Assembly (NCBI GenBank): GCA_049522975.1
Contig: JBEKNI010000012.1
Span: forward strand, 29,920 to 93,919
Source of the DNA: Terracidiphilus sp.
GTDB taxonomy: Bacteria; Acidobacteriota; Terriglobia; Terriglobales; Acidobacteriaceae
Reading direction: 5' to 3'
Length of the DNA: 64,000 nucleotides
Below are positions 46,384 through 57,900 of the stretch, piece after piece. The notes under the pieces are model-generated. The model was not told the origin of the DNA. It ran no database searches and saw only the letters and a program-made list of their open reading frames with translations. The stretch's first letter is position 1. The number at the start of each line of letters is the position of its first letter. Made by a program: the position numbers and the translations under genes.

Positions 46384-49300
46384 TTACTTCACCGTCAAGC
46401 TGAATGTCGTCGTCTGGGTCACATTGTTCGCGCTGCTGCTGGCGCCGCCGCCGGCAGTCGGAGCCGTTGCGACGGCAGTAATTGTTACCGTCGATGAGCC
46501 GGACGGCGTCGTGAAAATGTCGCTGCCGGTCCCGCAAGCAGCCACTCCCGCCAGAGATGCGAGCAAAATGCAACCCGCCGCGCATTGCATCAACAGCCGC
46601 CGCCTAGCATTCCTGTTGCTTGCCAGACCGAAGAGGCTCAGGCCCAGCAACAGGCCGCTCCACCAGAAGATCCCGGTCGGCGTCACAATCGGGGCTTGAT
46701 TGACCAGCACCGTGAGCTTGGTCTGAAGGGGAGGAACAACCGTCGGCGAACTGCCACTCTGTTGCGCCAACACAAGCACATCCGGAATGAACTGGCAGGT
46801 TGCATGCGCGGGCAATCCGCTGCACGAGAAATCCACCGTTCCCGAGAAGGCGGATTCCGATGTCGCGGTGATCGTCATGGAGCCGGGATTTGTGGCCGAC
46901 GAATTAACGCTGGTCGCGGTCTGCGTCAAGACAAACGTGGGAATGGCAATGATCAATGGCACGGCCGCCGATGCAGATGAGGTATAATTCGCGTTTCCAC
47001 CGTAGGTGGCCACAACATTGTAATTTCCCGCCGCCAGTGCAGTCGGCCCGGTCGTAGTCAGCACCGCCGTATACGTCGTGGTCGGGTTCGTGGTCGAGCC
47101 CGAGGTCTGGCCAACTAGATACGCAGTGCCCAGCGTCGTGCCTCCGCTGGAGAAAACCACCGGCCCGGAAAGCGCCCCGGAGATTGACGGAACCACCGTG
47201 GCGGTCATCACCACCGTATCGCAGGTATTGGTGGAGTTGGGCGGTTCGGCGGAGGTCGGATCCGCCGCGCAGGCCACAAGCGATAGCGTTGTTGCCGACG
47301 TGGCCGGCACAATCTCCACGATCAGCACGTCGGAGGTCTTCGACCCGTAGTTGGTGTCGCCCTGGTACTGAACCGTAACGGAATGGCTGCCTCCGCTCAG
47401 ACCGGAAAGAACAATCGATGCCGCGCCGGTGGAGTCGAGCGTCTGCACCCCATAGTAGTTGTCATCGACGTAGAACTGTACATCTCCGGTTGGAGTGGCT
47501 CCGCTGCCGCTCTTGGGGGCAACGGTTGTCTGAACTGTGACCGAACTGCCGTAGGTGGCGTTCCCGCTGGGGGCTGTCTGCGCCAGCGTGATCGTGACCT
47601 GCGGCAGGCTCTCTCCGTATCCGGTCAGCAACAGCGAGGGAGAGGCGGTATTCTGAGCGCCGGTCGCTAAGTCGACTGTATAGCTCTCCGTCCCGACTTG
47701 CGTGGGCGTGAAAGTAGCCTCCAGCGTGCAACTGTAGCCGACTGCCAGCGTGTCGCCCGCAGTGCATCCATCGCTGGAGGCGGGCGATATCGAGAATTGC
47801 GATCCGGAAGGAAAGGCCGGATAGAGGGGCGAAGCCAGAGCCAACCCCACCTGGCCGGAACTGGAAAGGACTGCCGTATCCGAGGTGCTGGTGTTCACCT
47901 TTCCAAAGTTGACCGTCCCTGAGGTCCGGTTCAGAGCATATGCTGCCGCATTGGCGCTGTCGGTCGCATAGACGTTTCCAAAAGCATCCAGCGCAACCGC
48001 GTACGGGCTGAGGATGGATTTGGCGCTGCTGACGACGGTCTGGTCGCTTCCCGCCAGCACTCCGTTTTCATTCGGTACACGCCAGATCCGGCCAGAGCCG
48101 TCGTCGGCGATCAGCACGCTTCCCGAACCGTCTACCGCCAGGCTCGTCGGATTCTCCAGGTTGCTGCCCACATTGCTGATGACTCCATCGGCGGACTCGA
48201 CCACGTTGCCTTTGTCTGCCACGTAGACCGTGTAGTTGGCGTCAACCGCCACTGCCGTCGGGGCGTTGAGATTCGGAATCGGCAAAACCGTCGTCAATCC
48301 GCTGGTTAACAATCCGCTGGGCTTGGCAAAGGCAAGCACATCGTTGCCGCCGGCCTCGGGAATGTACAGCGTGCCGCTCAGGTCCACCGCCAACTGGCCG
48401 GGCGACTGCAGATTGTTCAGAAGGGTGCTCTGCGATGCAGTGCTCAGAACGCCCCCGTTGCTCGGGACCACCACTACGCGATCATTGCCCGTATCGGAGA
48501 TGTACAGGTTGCCTGCCGCGTCGGTCGCCACACCACCCGGCGCCTTCAGGCCGCTTCCTACCGAAGTACCTGCGCCGGAGCCTCCCGCGTATTCATAGAC
48601 GGCATTCGCGCCGGCATCGGCAACAAAAACGTTGCCCGCTGCGTCCACGGCCACCGCGTCCGGTGTCTTCAACCCGCTGCCGATTGTAGTCAGCGTTCCA
48701 GGATCGACCGTGATCGCCTGACCGGTTCCAACGCCGGACAGGGTGATAGGAACCGCATCCCCGGCCGAGTCCGTAAGGGTCAGGATCGCGCTGCGCAGTC
48801 CCGGCTCAGCCGGCGTGAATTGAACGACAACCGTGCAGAAGGTGCCGGCCGCATTGGAAGTTGCCGGGGCACCAATCACGCAGGTGCCGGCATTCGTGCC
48901 GGTCACAATGGAAAACTCCGACGAGGGCACACCCGCAACAGTGACGGAACTGGATTGAAGCGTGATCGGAGTCGAGCGGTTGAAAGTCAGAGTCAGCGTC
49001 GCCGGTGCGCTGGTGGAACCGAGGGCGGTGGCGGGAAACGACGCATTTCCCACTGTGTACTTGTAGATGGTGTTGTAGTCAACCGTCTGGAAGATATTGC
49101 CATGCAGATCCACCGCAACGCCGATATCGCTGATATTCCATGGCCCGGCATAACCGGGATAGGAGCATTGCACCGTCGTATTGTTCGGTCCAGCGCAATA
49201 GGAGACGGTGTCCAGCGGGAAGACCATGAACATATCGGCGGGATTCAGCGCGCCGTTCTCCAGAGGTATCTCGTAGATGCCTCCATTGACGGTGCCCGCG

Positions 49301-50337
49301 GTCTTGCTTGTCTTCCCGTTGTCGGTCACGTAGAGGTTGCCGGCTTGATCGAATGCCACGCCCTGCGCGTCGATAAAGCCCGGAATGGCCTTCACGGTTT
49401 GCGCGCCTGGAGTGCCTGCCACAATTTCCCATACCGTGTTTGAATTATTCGCTACGAAGATATCGTCCGCGGCGTCCACGGCAATCGAATCGATGTAGTT
49501 CTGGTCCTTATTCGTAGGAGTCCCAGGGTCGCTGAATTGGTACACCTGAACCGGGGGCGCGCCGGAGTAGTTGCACTCCACGCTGCACTCAAAAATATTC
49601 GGCCCCCCGTTGCTATCGCTAAAGGTGGCCATGAAGCTGTTGCCCGCCGGGTCAAAGGCCAGCGCAGCAAGCTGATAGTAGCCTCCAACCAGCGAATTGG
49701 TGTCAGTCCCCGCAAGGTCCACAACTCCCGGAGCGTAATAATAGACCGGAAAGTCGTAGGAGCAGGCGGAGGTCGAGGTCAGCGTCACGACCCCGTTGTT
49801 CACCGTGCCCGTGCAAACCGGGGGAACGGGCGGCGCGCCGCCGCTATAGCTGGACCCGTTGACCGGATTGGTGAAGGACGTATATTTGCCGTTTATATAC
49901 GGGATCATCGTTGTGACGCTTGAATACAGCTCGGAAACGATCAGGTTTCCATAGGGGTCCACCGCAACCGCACCGGTATGGCCGCTGCTATCCGAGAAGT
50001 AGAGATTCACGTAGGGAACCGACCCGGTGACCGGGTTGAAGGAATTCATCCCGCTGGCCGGAAACTCGGTGACGGCGTTCGAGTTATACCCGCCAATGAA
50101 CAGATCGCCGAATTTGTTGACTGCCAGCGTTCCAAATCCAGCACCTTGCAACACCGGCGTGCCCGGCGGCGGAACCCACTGCGTAAGCGTGGTCTGCGTC
50201 GTCGCCACAAACGGCGGCGTATTCTGCGCCAAGCAGTTGTTCCCCGGCAGAAACATCCAGGCGAACAAAAGCATGACTAGCGCGCTTGCGGCGCATACCG
50301 GCCTATCCCGCAATACATCAGCACAATCCATCGGCAT
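46384..50337 (-). CDS. Large exported NHL-repeat/Ig-like surface protein A with C-terminal 2-TM plus lipobox-like tail
   Basis: AGGAG RBS at MPMD, signal peptide, many P..VAVD..GN.(F/Y)(V/I)AD repeats, Big_3_5-type TPTGDVQF domains. Confidence 0.9.
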   Translation of the reverse strand: MPMDCADVLRDRPVCAASALVMLLFAWMFLPGNNCLAQNTPPFVATTQTTLTQWVPPPGTPVLQGAGFGTLAVNKFGDLFIGGYNSNAVTEFPASGMNSFNPVTGSVPYVNLYFSDSSGHTGAVAVDPYGNLIVSELYSSVTTMIPYINGKYTSFTNPVNGSSYSGGAPPVPPVCTGTVNNGVVTLTSTSACSYDFPVYYYAPGVVDLAGTDTNSLVGGYYQLAALAFDPAGNSFMATFSDSNGGPNIFECSVECNYSGAPPVQVYQFSDPGTPTNKDQNYIDSIAVDAADDIFVANNSNTVWEIVAGTPGAQTVKAIPGFIDAQGVAFDQAGNLYVTDNGKTSKTAGTVNGGIYEIPLENGALNPADMFMVFPLDTVSYCAGPNNTTVQCSYPGYAGPWNISDIGVAVDLHGNIFQTVDYNTIYKYTVGNASFPATALGSTSAPATLTLTFNRSTPITLQSSSVTVAGVPSSEFSIVTGTNAGTCVIGAPATSNAAGTFCTVVVQFTPAEPGLRSAILTLTDSAGDAVPITLSGVGTGQAITVDPGTLTTIGSGLKTPDAVAVDAAGNVFVADAGANAVYEYAGGSGAGTSVGSGLKAPGGVATDAAGNLYISDTGNDRVVVVPSNGGVLSTASQSTLLNNLQSPGQLAVDLSGTLYIPEAGGNDVLAFAKPSGLLTSGLTTVLPIPNLNAPTAVAVDANYTVYVADKGNVVESADGVISNVGSNLENPTSLAVDGSGSVLIADDGSGRIWRVPNENGVLAGSDQTVVSSAKSILSPYAVALDAFGNVYATDSANAAAYALNRTSGTVNFGKVNTSTSDTAVLSSSGQVGLALASPLYPAFPSGSQFSISPASSDGCTAGDTLAVGYSCTLEATFTPTQVGTESYTVDLATGAQNTASPSLLLTGYGESLPQVTITLAQTAPSGNATYGSSVTVQTTVAPKSGSGATPTGDVQFYVDDNYYGVQTLDSTGAASIVLSGLSGGSHSVTVQYQGDTNYGSKTSDVLIVEIVPATSATTLSLVACAADPTSAEPPNSTNTCDTVVMTATVVPSISGALSGPVVFSSGGTTLGTAYLVGQTSGSTTNPTTTYTAVLTTTGPTALAAGNYNVVATYGGNANYTSSASAAVPLIIAIPTFVLTQTATSVNSSATNPGSMTITATSESAFSGTVDFSCSGLPAHATCQFIPDVLVLAQQSGSSPTVVPPLQTKLTVLVNQAPIVTPTGIFWWSGLLLGLSLFGLASNRNARRRLLMQCAAGCILLASLAGVAACGTGSDIFTTPSGSSTVTITAVATAPTAGGGASSSANNVTQTTTFSLTVK

Positions 50338-50447
50338 CGTTTTTCTCCTGATCTCCATGTCCGTCCGTCGCCCTTTCTCCCGCCCTTGCTCTTGAATCGA
50401 TCTGCGGCAAGCCAGCCTACCGCAGATCACGCTCTTCGCCGCCTGCG

Positions 50448-53400
50448 TCAGAAGCTGTACTTCATGCTGATTTCCATCACCCGGCGGCCCACTTTATAGG
50501 GCGTAATGCCGAACTGCGAGTTATATTGGATCGCTTGCGTCGGGTCGTAGTTGGCTGGGTTGATAAAATCCAAAGTCTCCTGGTTGGGCGAGACATTGGA
50601 AAACGTCACCAGTGGATGATTCAGGAAGTTGAAGGCCGCGCCGCTGATCTGAAACGTCTGGCGATCGTTCAGATGAAAGTCCTTGCGCACCGTCAAATCC
50701 GATTGGAAGTAGCCCGGCCCGTGGATGTACGGATAAATCAACTTCCCATTGCCAGTCCCGATCTGCGGCAGGGCGAAGCAGTTGCCATTGATGTACTGAT
50801 GCGCTTTCAGATTCGAGCGCGGGTCGCAGGTCAGCAGCGGCTGGAGCGATACATCCGGCGTGCCCAGGAATACGATACTTGAAACATTGGTTGGGTTGAC
50901 GCCGCCATTGACAAAGTTTCCGGGAATCGAACCGGGGCCGAGCTGCCCTTCCAGGCCGAAGTTCGTTCCATAGCTGGTTGCCTGCAGGTTGGGACCGCTC
51001 TGGTAGCCCGTATAGCCGGAGATCTCCCAATTGTTCGCCGCCGCCCCCAGAACCCGGTTGCCGTGTATATGCGAACCCAGGGCCACGACGTACCAGACAT
51101 TGAAGATATGCGAGCGATCATAGGCCAGCGGACCGTAGTCGTTCCATACATTGAAGGAATCGCCCGGATTCCCGTTGTTGTAACCGCCGCGAACGCCCAT
51201 GGCCTTGCTCCAGGTGTAGTTTGCTCCGTAGGTGAGCCACCCCTTCGACCTGTTCCAGGTGACCTGCAAGCCGTTGTAGTTCGCGAAAAGCTTATGCGCC
51301 TCCAATTGCAGTTGTCCGTAGAGCGGGTACGGTCTCCAATCATTGATGGAAGGCACCGTCAATGTGGGATTTCCGCCCATGCCTTGCAGGGACGGGGGAG
51401 ACCACGTGGTTCCAGCGTACGGATTCGGTCCCAGCTGCCAGTAAAACTGGTTGGTCGTTGAATTGAGTTTGATGGTAACGACCTCCTGAGCGGGATCGGG
51501 CTGAAAAAGGCCATTCGGCTTGATCGCATTCACGTTATCCACCGTGATCCCGCCATTGCTGCCATCGTTCAGAATCGAGTTGCTGTTATTGCCCACATAC
51601 CCGATGGCCAGCGTCGTGCCAAACAACTGCTGAGTCAAGGTCAGGCTGTAGGTCGCCGTCAGCGGCTGCTTGTGGTCGGAGGGATCAAATCCGAATAGAC
51701 CGGTCGTTCCCAGCGAACTCAACACCACGGACGGGTCGCTCGGATTCAACTTCAGGCTGCCCAGATAGCCCAGCGTCAGCCCATTGCTGTTGCCCACGTA
51801 ACCGATGGTGGAATAAGGATTCGTCACCGATATGGTTCTCTGCCCGGTGGAAACCGCCAGCGCGTTGGCAACGTCGTTCCAGTTGTCGTGGAAGCGATAC
51901 CATCCATAGCCGCCGCTTATTACGGTCTTCCCGTTTCCGCGGATATCCAGGGAAAAGCCGGCGCGCGGATCAAGGAAGAGCGGCGTCACCGTCTGCCCGG
52001 AATTCGGTGTGGACGAGTCTCCAGCTAGCGAGTGCCACCGGAAGCCCGGCAGCGGATGGGCCGCCGTGGGGGCCGAGTCTGTCGCCGCCCAGGCCTGATA
52101 GTCCGCCGGAATCCAGACCGGAATACCAACTTTATGCGCATCCTGCCACTCGCCCTCATGCTCCACGCGCAATCCCAATGTCAGAGTCAGGTTCGAGCGC
52201 ACCTTCCAGGAGTCGGTGGCGTAAAACGCCGAACTCCACCAATAAAGGTCGATCTTGGGAAGAGTGTTCGCCTGGAGGTACTTAAAAAATTCGCCTTCCA
52301 GAAAATTGGCCAGGTTGTTGCCCGTCCCGCTTCCGCAGGTGTTGTTACAGGAGTTGTCATAGTTGTACAGTTGCGTGGTCCCGTCAGGAGCAACAGTCGG
52401 AAGCTGGAAACTCGGGTTGACGTAGTAGTTTTGGATGGCGCCGTTGGTGGGGATGCTCCCCGAGTTCGGATAGACGGAATTGTCCATCGCCTTTTCCACG
52501 TTCACGCCGAACTTGAAGGTGTGCTTGCCCCACACCTTGGTCAAGTCGTCGCCGATGCCGGGCGTCATTCTTTTGGTGGTGATTGCCCCGTAGCTGTAGT
52601 CGGGAAACAGGCCGATCGGCAGGCCGTTGTATCCGTAATCGTTCAACGTGGGGAATTGCTTGGTCCCGTTTTCATAGGCGCTCGTATTCAAGCCTGGTTC
52701 GCCCAGCGAGGCGGTTGTCAGTTCGGCCGCGTCGCCGGCGTTGAATAGCTGGTTGACATAGGCCAGCGAAGCGAAGGCCTCGTTGGTCAACGTGGATGAA
52801 AACACCCGCGTCCAATGCAGGGAGGCGCTCTGCGAATTCGTCGATTCTATCGAGCCCCCCGGCAAATTCACGCCGCCCGACGAACCGGAGGCGAAATAGT
52901 AGTTGCCCTGGGGAACGCCGGTGAATCCGCTCTCTATGGTGTACACCCCGTAGATCTTGCTTAGCTCGCTCTGGGCAAAGTCAATTCGCCCGTGCGCCGT
53001 CCACAAATCGTTATTCACCAGGTTGTTCTTGATGAAATTGTAGCCATTCTGGTTCGCCTGTCCGTCCGGATTCGTGCTGGTGACTCCAACATTCGGCGAC
53101 GGCAACAGCTTCATGATGGTCAGAGCGGCTTTGTCAAGATACGGAGCCATGCAGCCGTTCGTGGGAGAGCTGTAGGCGTTGGTGCAGTTGATATGGACGC
53201 CGCCGGCGTCTTGTCCGGGTCCGGGAACCAGTCCCTCTGTGGGAACAGCGGTTACGGCGCTCCACAGGCCATAGCAGGGCCCCGTCAGACCGCATGGAGT
53301 CACCGAGCATGTGTCATCGTTGCACTCGGACGCTGCTCCGGGGGGAAGGTATTTCTGAATTTGCGCGGGACTGAGATCCCCTTTCAACATGCTCGGCGTC

Positions 53401-54497
53401 GGCACCACGGCGTGGTAGATCGCCTGGCCAGGGTTGTTGTACGAGTAGACATTCCGCTGCGCATAATCCTCCGCCTGCGCGAAGAAGACCAGTCTGCCGC
53501 TGTGGTTGAAATTCTTGCCCGGAAATCTGAGCGGACCGCCCAGGGTCGCGCCCGGATAGATGTACCGGTCGTCCGGCTTTTTCAGGTGCCCGCTCGGGTC
53601 CAATCCAGCCACCAAGGCATCGGTCGCATTCATTTGATAGGTCCGGCCATGCAGGTAGAGCGTTCCGTGGATTGTCGAACCGCCCGACTTGCCGACCGCG
53701 TTGATCACCACCGGACCGTTCGCCGTGTCCGCGCCGAAGTTCGACTGCTCCACCTTCACCTCGGCCGTCGTGTCGGTATTGACGGTCTGCGTGCTGCCGC
53801 TGTAACTGCCAGGGTCGTTCAGGTTGATGCCGTCCGAGCGCACGCTCACGCCGTTGACGGGCGACCCGCTCATCGCGTAGTTGCCGCTTCCGCCCGTTAT
53901 CGTTACCTGGCCTGGATCGTAGGTGGTGTTGCTTGCCGAATTACTACTAAACGATCCGCTACCGGTGTTGATCGCCGAGCCGGGAAGTAGCTTCATCAAT
54001 TCGGTGACGTCGCGGCCTTCCGTCGACAGGTGCGCCAATTGTGCGGCGGTGATCAGGTCGCTCCGCTCGCCCGTCTCCAGAACACTGGACACATCGGCGT
54101 TCACGGTCACCGTGATCGTCTCGACGCCGGGAACCATCTTGACGGAACTCAGCGTGCGCGCGTCGCCTGGATCAAGGTGAATCCCCTTCTGCACATTCAC
54201 CTCAAAGCCCTGAGCCTTCACCGTCACCGTGTAATCGCCTGAATCGAGCGAGGAAAAACTGAAGATGCCCACGCCATTCGTCTTTACGGTGCGAAGGAAT
54301 CCGTTCGACTGGTTCTTCGCCGTCACCGTTGCTGCAGGAATCACGGCTCCGGTTTGGTCCGAGACCACCCCGCTCAAGGACGCGGTGATCGTCTGCGCCA
54401 GGAGCGGTCTTTGCCCAATGCCTGCCAGAACCAAAATCAAAAGACCCAGGCTTACCCAGGTTGACGTACCTTTACTCGACCACGGCCTCAAAATCAT
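50448..54497 (-). CDS. Oar-like TonB-dependent receptor (CarboxypepD_reg N-terminus), copy 1
   Basis: SLSGVVSDQTGAVIPAATVT, EVKVEQSNFGAD, GKSGG, LTLGLRVEH, DPRAGFS, terminal MKYSF. Confidence 0.93.
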   Translation of the reverse strand: MILRPWSSKGTSTWVSLGLLILVLAGIGQRPLLAQTITASLSGVVSDQTGAVIPAATVTAKNQSNGFLRTVKTNGVGIFSFSSLDSGDYTVTVKAQGFEVNVQKGIHLDPGDARTLSSVKMVPGVETITVTVNADVSSVLETGERSDLITAAQLAHLSTEGRDVTELMKLLPGSAINTGSGSFSSNSASNTTYDPGQVTITGGSGNYAMSGSPVNGVSVRSDGINLNDPGSYSGSTQTVNTDTTAEVKVEQSNFGADTANGPVVINAVGKSGGSTIHGTLYLHGRTYQMNATDALVAGLDPSGHLKKPDDRYIYPGATLGGPLRFPGKNFNHSGRLVFFAQAEDYAQRNVYSYNNPGQAIYHAVVPTPSMLKGDLSPAQIQKYLPPGAASECNDDTCSVTPCGLTGPCYGLWSAVTAVPTEGLVPGPGQDAGGVHINCTNAYSSPTNGCMAPYLDKAALTIMKLLPSPNVGVTSTNPDGQANQNGYNFIKNNLVNNDLWTAHGRIDFAQSELSKIYGVYTIESGFTGVPQGNYYFASGSSGGVNLPGGSIESTNSQSASLHWTRVFSSTLTNEAFASLAYVNQLFNAGDAAELTTASLGEPGLNTSAYENGTKQFPTLNDYGYNGLPIGLFPDYSYGAITTKRMTPGIGDDLTKVWGKHTFKFGVNVEKAMDNSVYPNSGSIPTNGAIQNYYVNPSFQLPTVAPDGTTQLYNYDNSCNNTCGSGTGNNLANFLEGEFFKYLQANTLPKIDLYWWSSAFYATDSWKVRSNLTLTLGLRVEHEGEWQDAHKVGIPVWIPADYQAWAATDSAPTAAHPLPGFRWHSLAGDSSTPNSGQTVTPLFLDPRAGFSLDIRGNGKTVISGGYGWYRFHDNWNDVANALAVSTGQRTISVTNPYSTIGYVGNSNGLTLGYLGSLKLNPSDPSVVLSSLGTTGLFGFDPSDHKQPLTATYSLTLTQQLFGTTLAIGYVGNNSNSILNDGSNGGITVDNVNAIKPNGLFQPDPAQEVVTIKLNSTTNQFYWQLGPNPYAGTTWSPPSLQGMGGNPTLTVPSINDWRPYPLYGQLQLEAHKLFANYNGLQVTWNRSKGWLTYGANYTWSKAMGVRGGYNNGNPGDSFNVWNDYGPLAYDRSHIFNVWYVVALGSHIHGNRVLGAAANNWEISGYTGYQSGPNLQATSYGTNFGLEGQLGPGSIPGNFVNGGVNPTNVSSIVFLGTPDVSLQPLLTCDPRSNLKAHQYINGNCFALPQIGTGNGKLIYPYIHGPGYFQSDLTVRKDFHLNDRQTFQISGAAFNFLNHPLVTFSNVSPNQETLDFINPANYDPTQAIQYNSQFGITPYKVGRRVMEISMKYSF

Positions 54498-54573
54498 CCC
54501 TTCCTCCATTCAACTCTTCTGCCATCCAGCGAGCGCTGGCGTTGCGGCGATCCTTCGATCCTTCAATTCCCGA

Positions 54574-54585
54574 GGTATCGTTACC
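54574..54585. promoter_or_regulatory. Imperfect palindrome GGTATCGTTACC, candidate operator
   Basis: 10/12 palindromic with central CG, between the predicted promoter and the receptor start. Confidence 0.35.
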
Positions 54586-54618
54586 GAAGCAACAACAAAA
54601 AACTTTTTTGAACAGACG

Positions 54619-54648
54619 TTTATAGCCCGGACTAGCGCGGGTTGTCAA
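54619..54648 (-). promoter_or_regulatory. Sigma70-type promoter TTGACA-N18-TATAAA
   Basis: 6/6 and 5/6 matches upstream of receptor 1. Confidence 0.65.
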
Positions 54649-54963
54649 GGACCGGAAGTTCGACATGGGATTGCCCCATGGCTGACAAAAGCGCTCAGGA
54701 CCCCAGATGGATGAAGATTCCCTGCCCACGCTTCCATTGGCCTTGCCGGATCAAAGGGGCCGGCCAACCAACCTTCATGGAATGAAGAGCTTCCGCCGAA
54801 TCTCTCGCGGCCGCCATTCCTCCCCAGCGACAGAGGCCTTTGAAAGGCCCGCCTCACTCCCAAGCCTCGAATCCCCGCGCAACGCGCCAACTGCAAACTT
54901 CTGCGCCTTCTCACTGAGAGCGGCCGTTCTGCCCGGCTCCGCCCGAAATCCCCGCTCCAATCC

Positions 54964-57900
54964 TCAGAAATTGAATCTCGCCGAAACCTCCATGACGCGC
55001 CTGCCGGTCTTGAATCCCGCATAGCCGAAGCATGGTGAATCGACTACGCTGCAACTGGCGCCGTTATTACTCCCGTGCTGGAGCTTAACCGAAGAAAAAT
55101 CCGGCCCGCTCATCTCCAGGTTCGCCTCGTTTCCATAGCGCGAGTTGAACGAGGTGATGGGATGGTTGAGAAAATTGAAGGCGGAGACGCGAAACTCAAG
55201 GTTCTTCTTTTCGGCCAGCAAAAGCCGCTTCTGCAGCGTCAGGTCCGAGGCGAAATAATGGGGCCCGCGAATATAGCCCAGGTTTGCCGGCCCATTCTGC
55301 CCATAAGGCGCTACTCCAAAACAGTTGCCATTGACGAATTGATTCTTTTGGAGATGGGCTGTCGGATTGCAAGTCAGCGTTGGCATCACCAACATATCTG
55401 GAGTTCCCAGCAGCGTTATATTGTTGATGCTCAACGCCGTCGGGGCGGAGGGCGGCCCGACAAAACCGCCCAGACCTAGATTCGGACTGGACACCGCCTG
55501 CATATTGGGACCACTCTGCACGTTGGTGATGCCGCTGAGAAACCATCCGTTGATCACGCCGTTCAGGACACGGCCCCGGCGGAAGAGGGCGCCTTCGTCA
55601 TACGAGTATTGCGCGTTGAATACATTCGTCCGGTCGAAGGCCAGCGGACCGTAATCCGCGCGCAGATTGGTTGCATCCGTGGTCCCGCCGTTGTTGTACG
55701 CGCCGCGCACTCCCAGGGCCTTGCTCCAGGTGTAGTTGAAGCCATAATTCAAGCGCCCCTTCTGCCGGTTCCAACTGCTCTGCAGGGCATTGTAATTGGC
55801 CCAGGTGATGTGCCGCGGAACCAGAATCCATTGGTAGAACGGGAAAGGCCGATAGTCATCCTCCTGAGCAGCCCCGTTGTTTGAATTGAAAACCTGGCCA
55901 TAGTATGAACTTTGAGGGTTTGGATCCGGCTGGAAGAGGCCGCCCAACGGAATAGTGTTGACGTTCTGAATATCCACCGGGATCGTCGTGGAAGCCGTAT
56001 CGGTCAGCAGATACTCGCTTTGGTTGCCCACATAGGCAACCTCGAATGCCGAACTCCAGGGCGCTCGCTGCGAGATCGTGAAGCTGTAGGTCATGGTCAG
56101 AGGCTGCTGGTCGTCCGACGGATCAAGCGCCGAAATCGAGTTTCCGTTGGCTTGGTAGACGCCGCTGGGGGCATTTTGCACGCCCGCCAAACTGATCCCG
56201 GATCCGCCGGCTTGGCGAGTGATCACTCCCTGGGAGGTTCCCGCAGCCGCCGCAAAGTCGTTCCAGGAGTCGTGGCTGCGGTACATTCCCCATCCGCCGC
56301 GCAACACCGTCTTGCCCGTGCCGAAGAGGTCGTAGGCCAAGCCGAAGCGCGGAGAGACGAATGCGATTCGCGTCTTGTCGCCGGACAATGGAACGCTGGG
56401 CAGAACCAGGGGATAAATATCGCTGCCTTTCCCCTTCCCATGCCTGCGCACACCTGGCATATTTGTGACGGGAGTGGTGGCCGTGGGAGCGTCTTCGGCA
56501 TACCACTTCGGGCTGAATACCGCAATGCCCTGTCCGTGAGAATCCGTCCAGGCTCCCAGATGATCCAAGCGCACGCCCAGATCCACGGTCAGCCGCTTGC
56601 TCGCCTTCCAGGAATCCTGCGCAAACCCCGATAATGTCCAGTAGTAAATATTCGTCGAAGGATTGAAGTTCTGCTGGGTGAACGAATCGACATCTCCCAG
56701 CATGAAATCGGCCAGGTAATTGGCTCCGCACCCTGCAAAGTGGCATTGCGCCGTATAATGTGTGCCGGCCGCATCGGTAAAGCTCCCCGCTGGAACATAG
56801 TAATTCCAGATCTGGCCGTTGGTCTCCGGGCTGAGATCCGTTTGGTTTGCGGTATCGCGCTCGATGTACGCTCCAAACTTCAGGGAGTGGGACTTGAGCA
56901 GGAAATTGAAGTTGTCGCCCGCCGAGGGAATGAACTTCTTCGAGATATACCGGCCATTGCTGAAGTCCGGTGTAATGGCCAGAGGCAGGCCATCGGAGCC
57001 ATAGTCGGCCAGTTGCGGAATATCGTCGGAACCGCAGTAGGGACACGCCGTGGTGCGGGTGTAGATGCCGTTGTAGGGATAGTTCCATGTGCTCTTGAGC
57101 AGCTTGCTCGGGTCTCCGGAGTAAAAGTACTGGCCGACGTAGGAGACCGATCCGGACACTTCATTGGTGGCCCGCGCGCTGAAGATATGCGAGTAATTGA
57201 GACTGGCTGTGTTCGATGTTGTCGAACTGGTGATCTTGCCCGGCGTATCGATGCCGCCCATATACGAATTGCCGCCCGAAGGAGAGTAGTAGATCTGCTC
57301 CGGAACGCCGGTCGTGCGCCCGTATTCGGTGTTATAAACCCCATAGACCTTGTTATTGTCATTGGCGGCTATATCCACGCGCGCGCGAACCTGGAACAAA
57401 CCAGGATTATTCAGATTCAGAGTGCGCCAGTTGTAGCCGTTCACCGTGGGACCGGTCGGCAACGGCATTTCGGCTTTCAGCAAAGCCGCGGCGCCTGGAT
57501 CGAAACTCCCGGCGCCGTTAAGGAATTGACCGCCCGTGCTGCCAACGGTGCTGATTGTTCCGTCGGATGTGAACGGCTCTGCGCAGACATGATAGTACTG
57601 GGTGAGCGAATCCGGGGTCGTGTCGCTGGCCGTGCAGTGGGCTGTGATCGTCGCTTCATCCTTGCCCAGATAATTCGCCAATTCGGCCTGCGAGAAGTTG
57701 CCCTGCCGCATGCCCGGCTCGCCGCTGGCAAACTTCACATTCGTGCTCTGGTCCGTGGGCACCAGCGCGGCGATCAACGAGTTCAGCGGCGAACCGTAGG
57801 AATACACGTTGCGCTGCACATAGTCTTCGCCGCCTACGTTGAAGACCACTTTCTTGTTGCTGTTGAACTTGCTCCCGGGGATCTTCACCGGGCCGCCGAC

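Noticed and set aside
54875-54895. TGGCGCGTTGC on the minus strand as a sigma54 promoter
   Set aside because: GG-to-GC spacing is too short for a -24/-12 element
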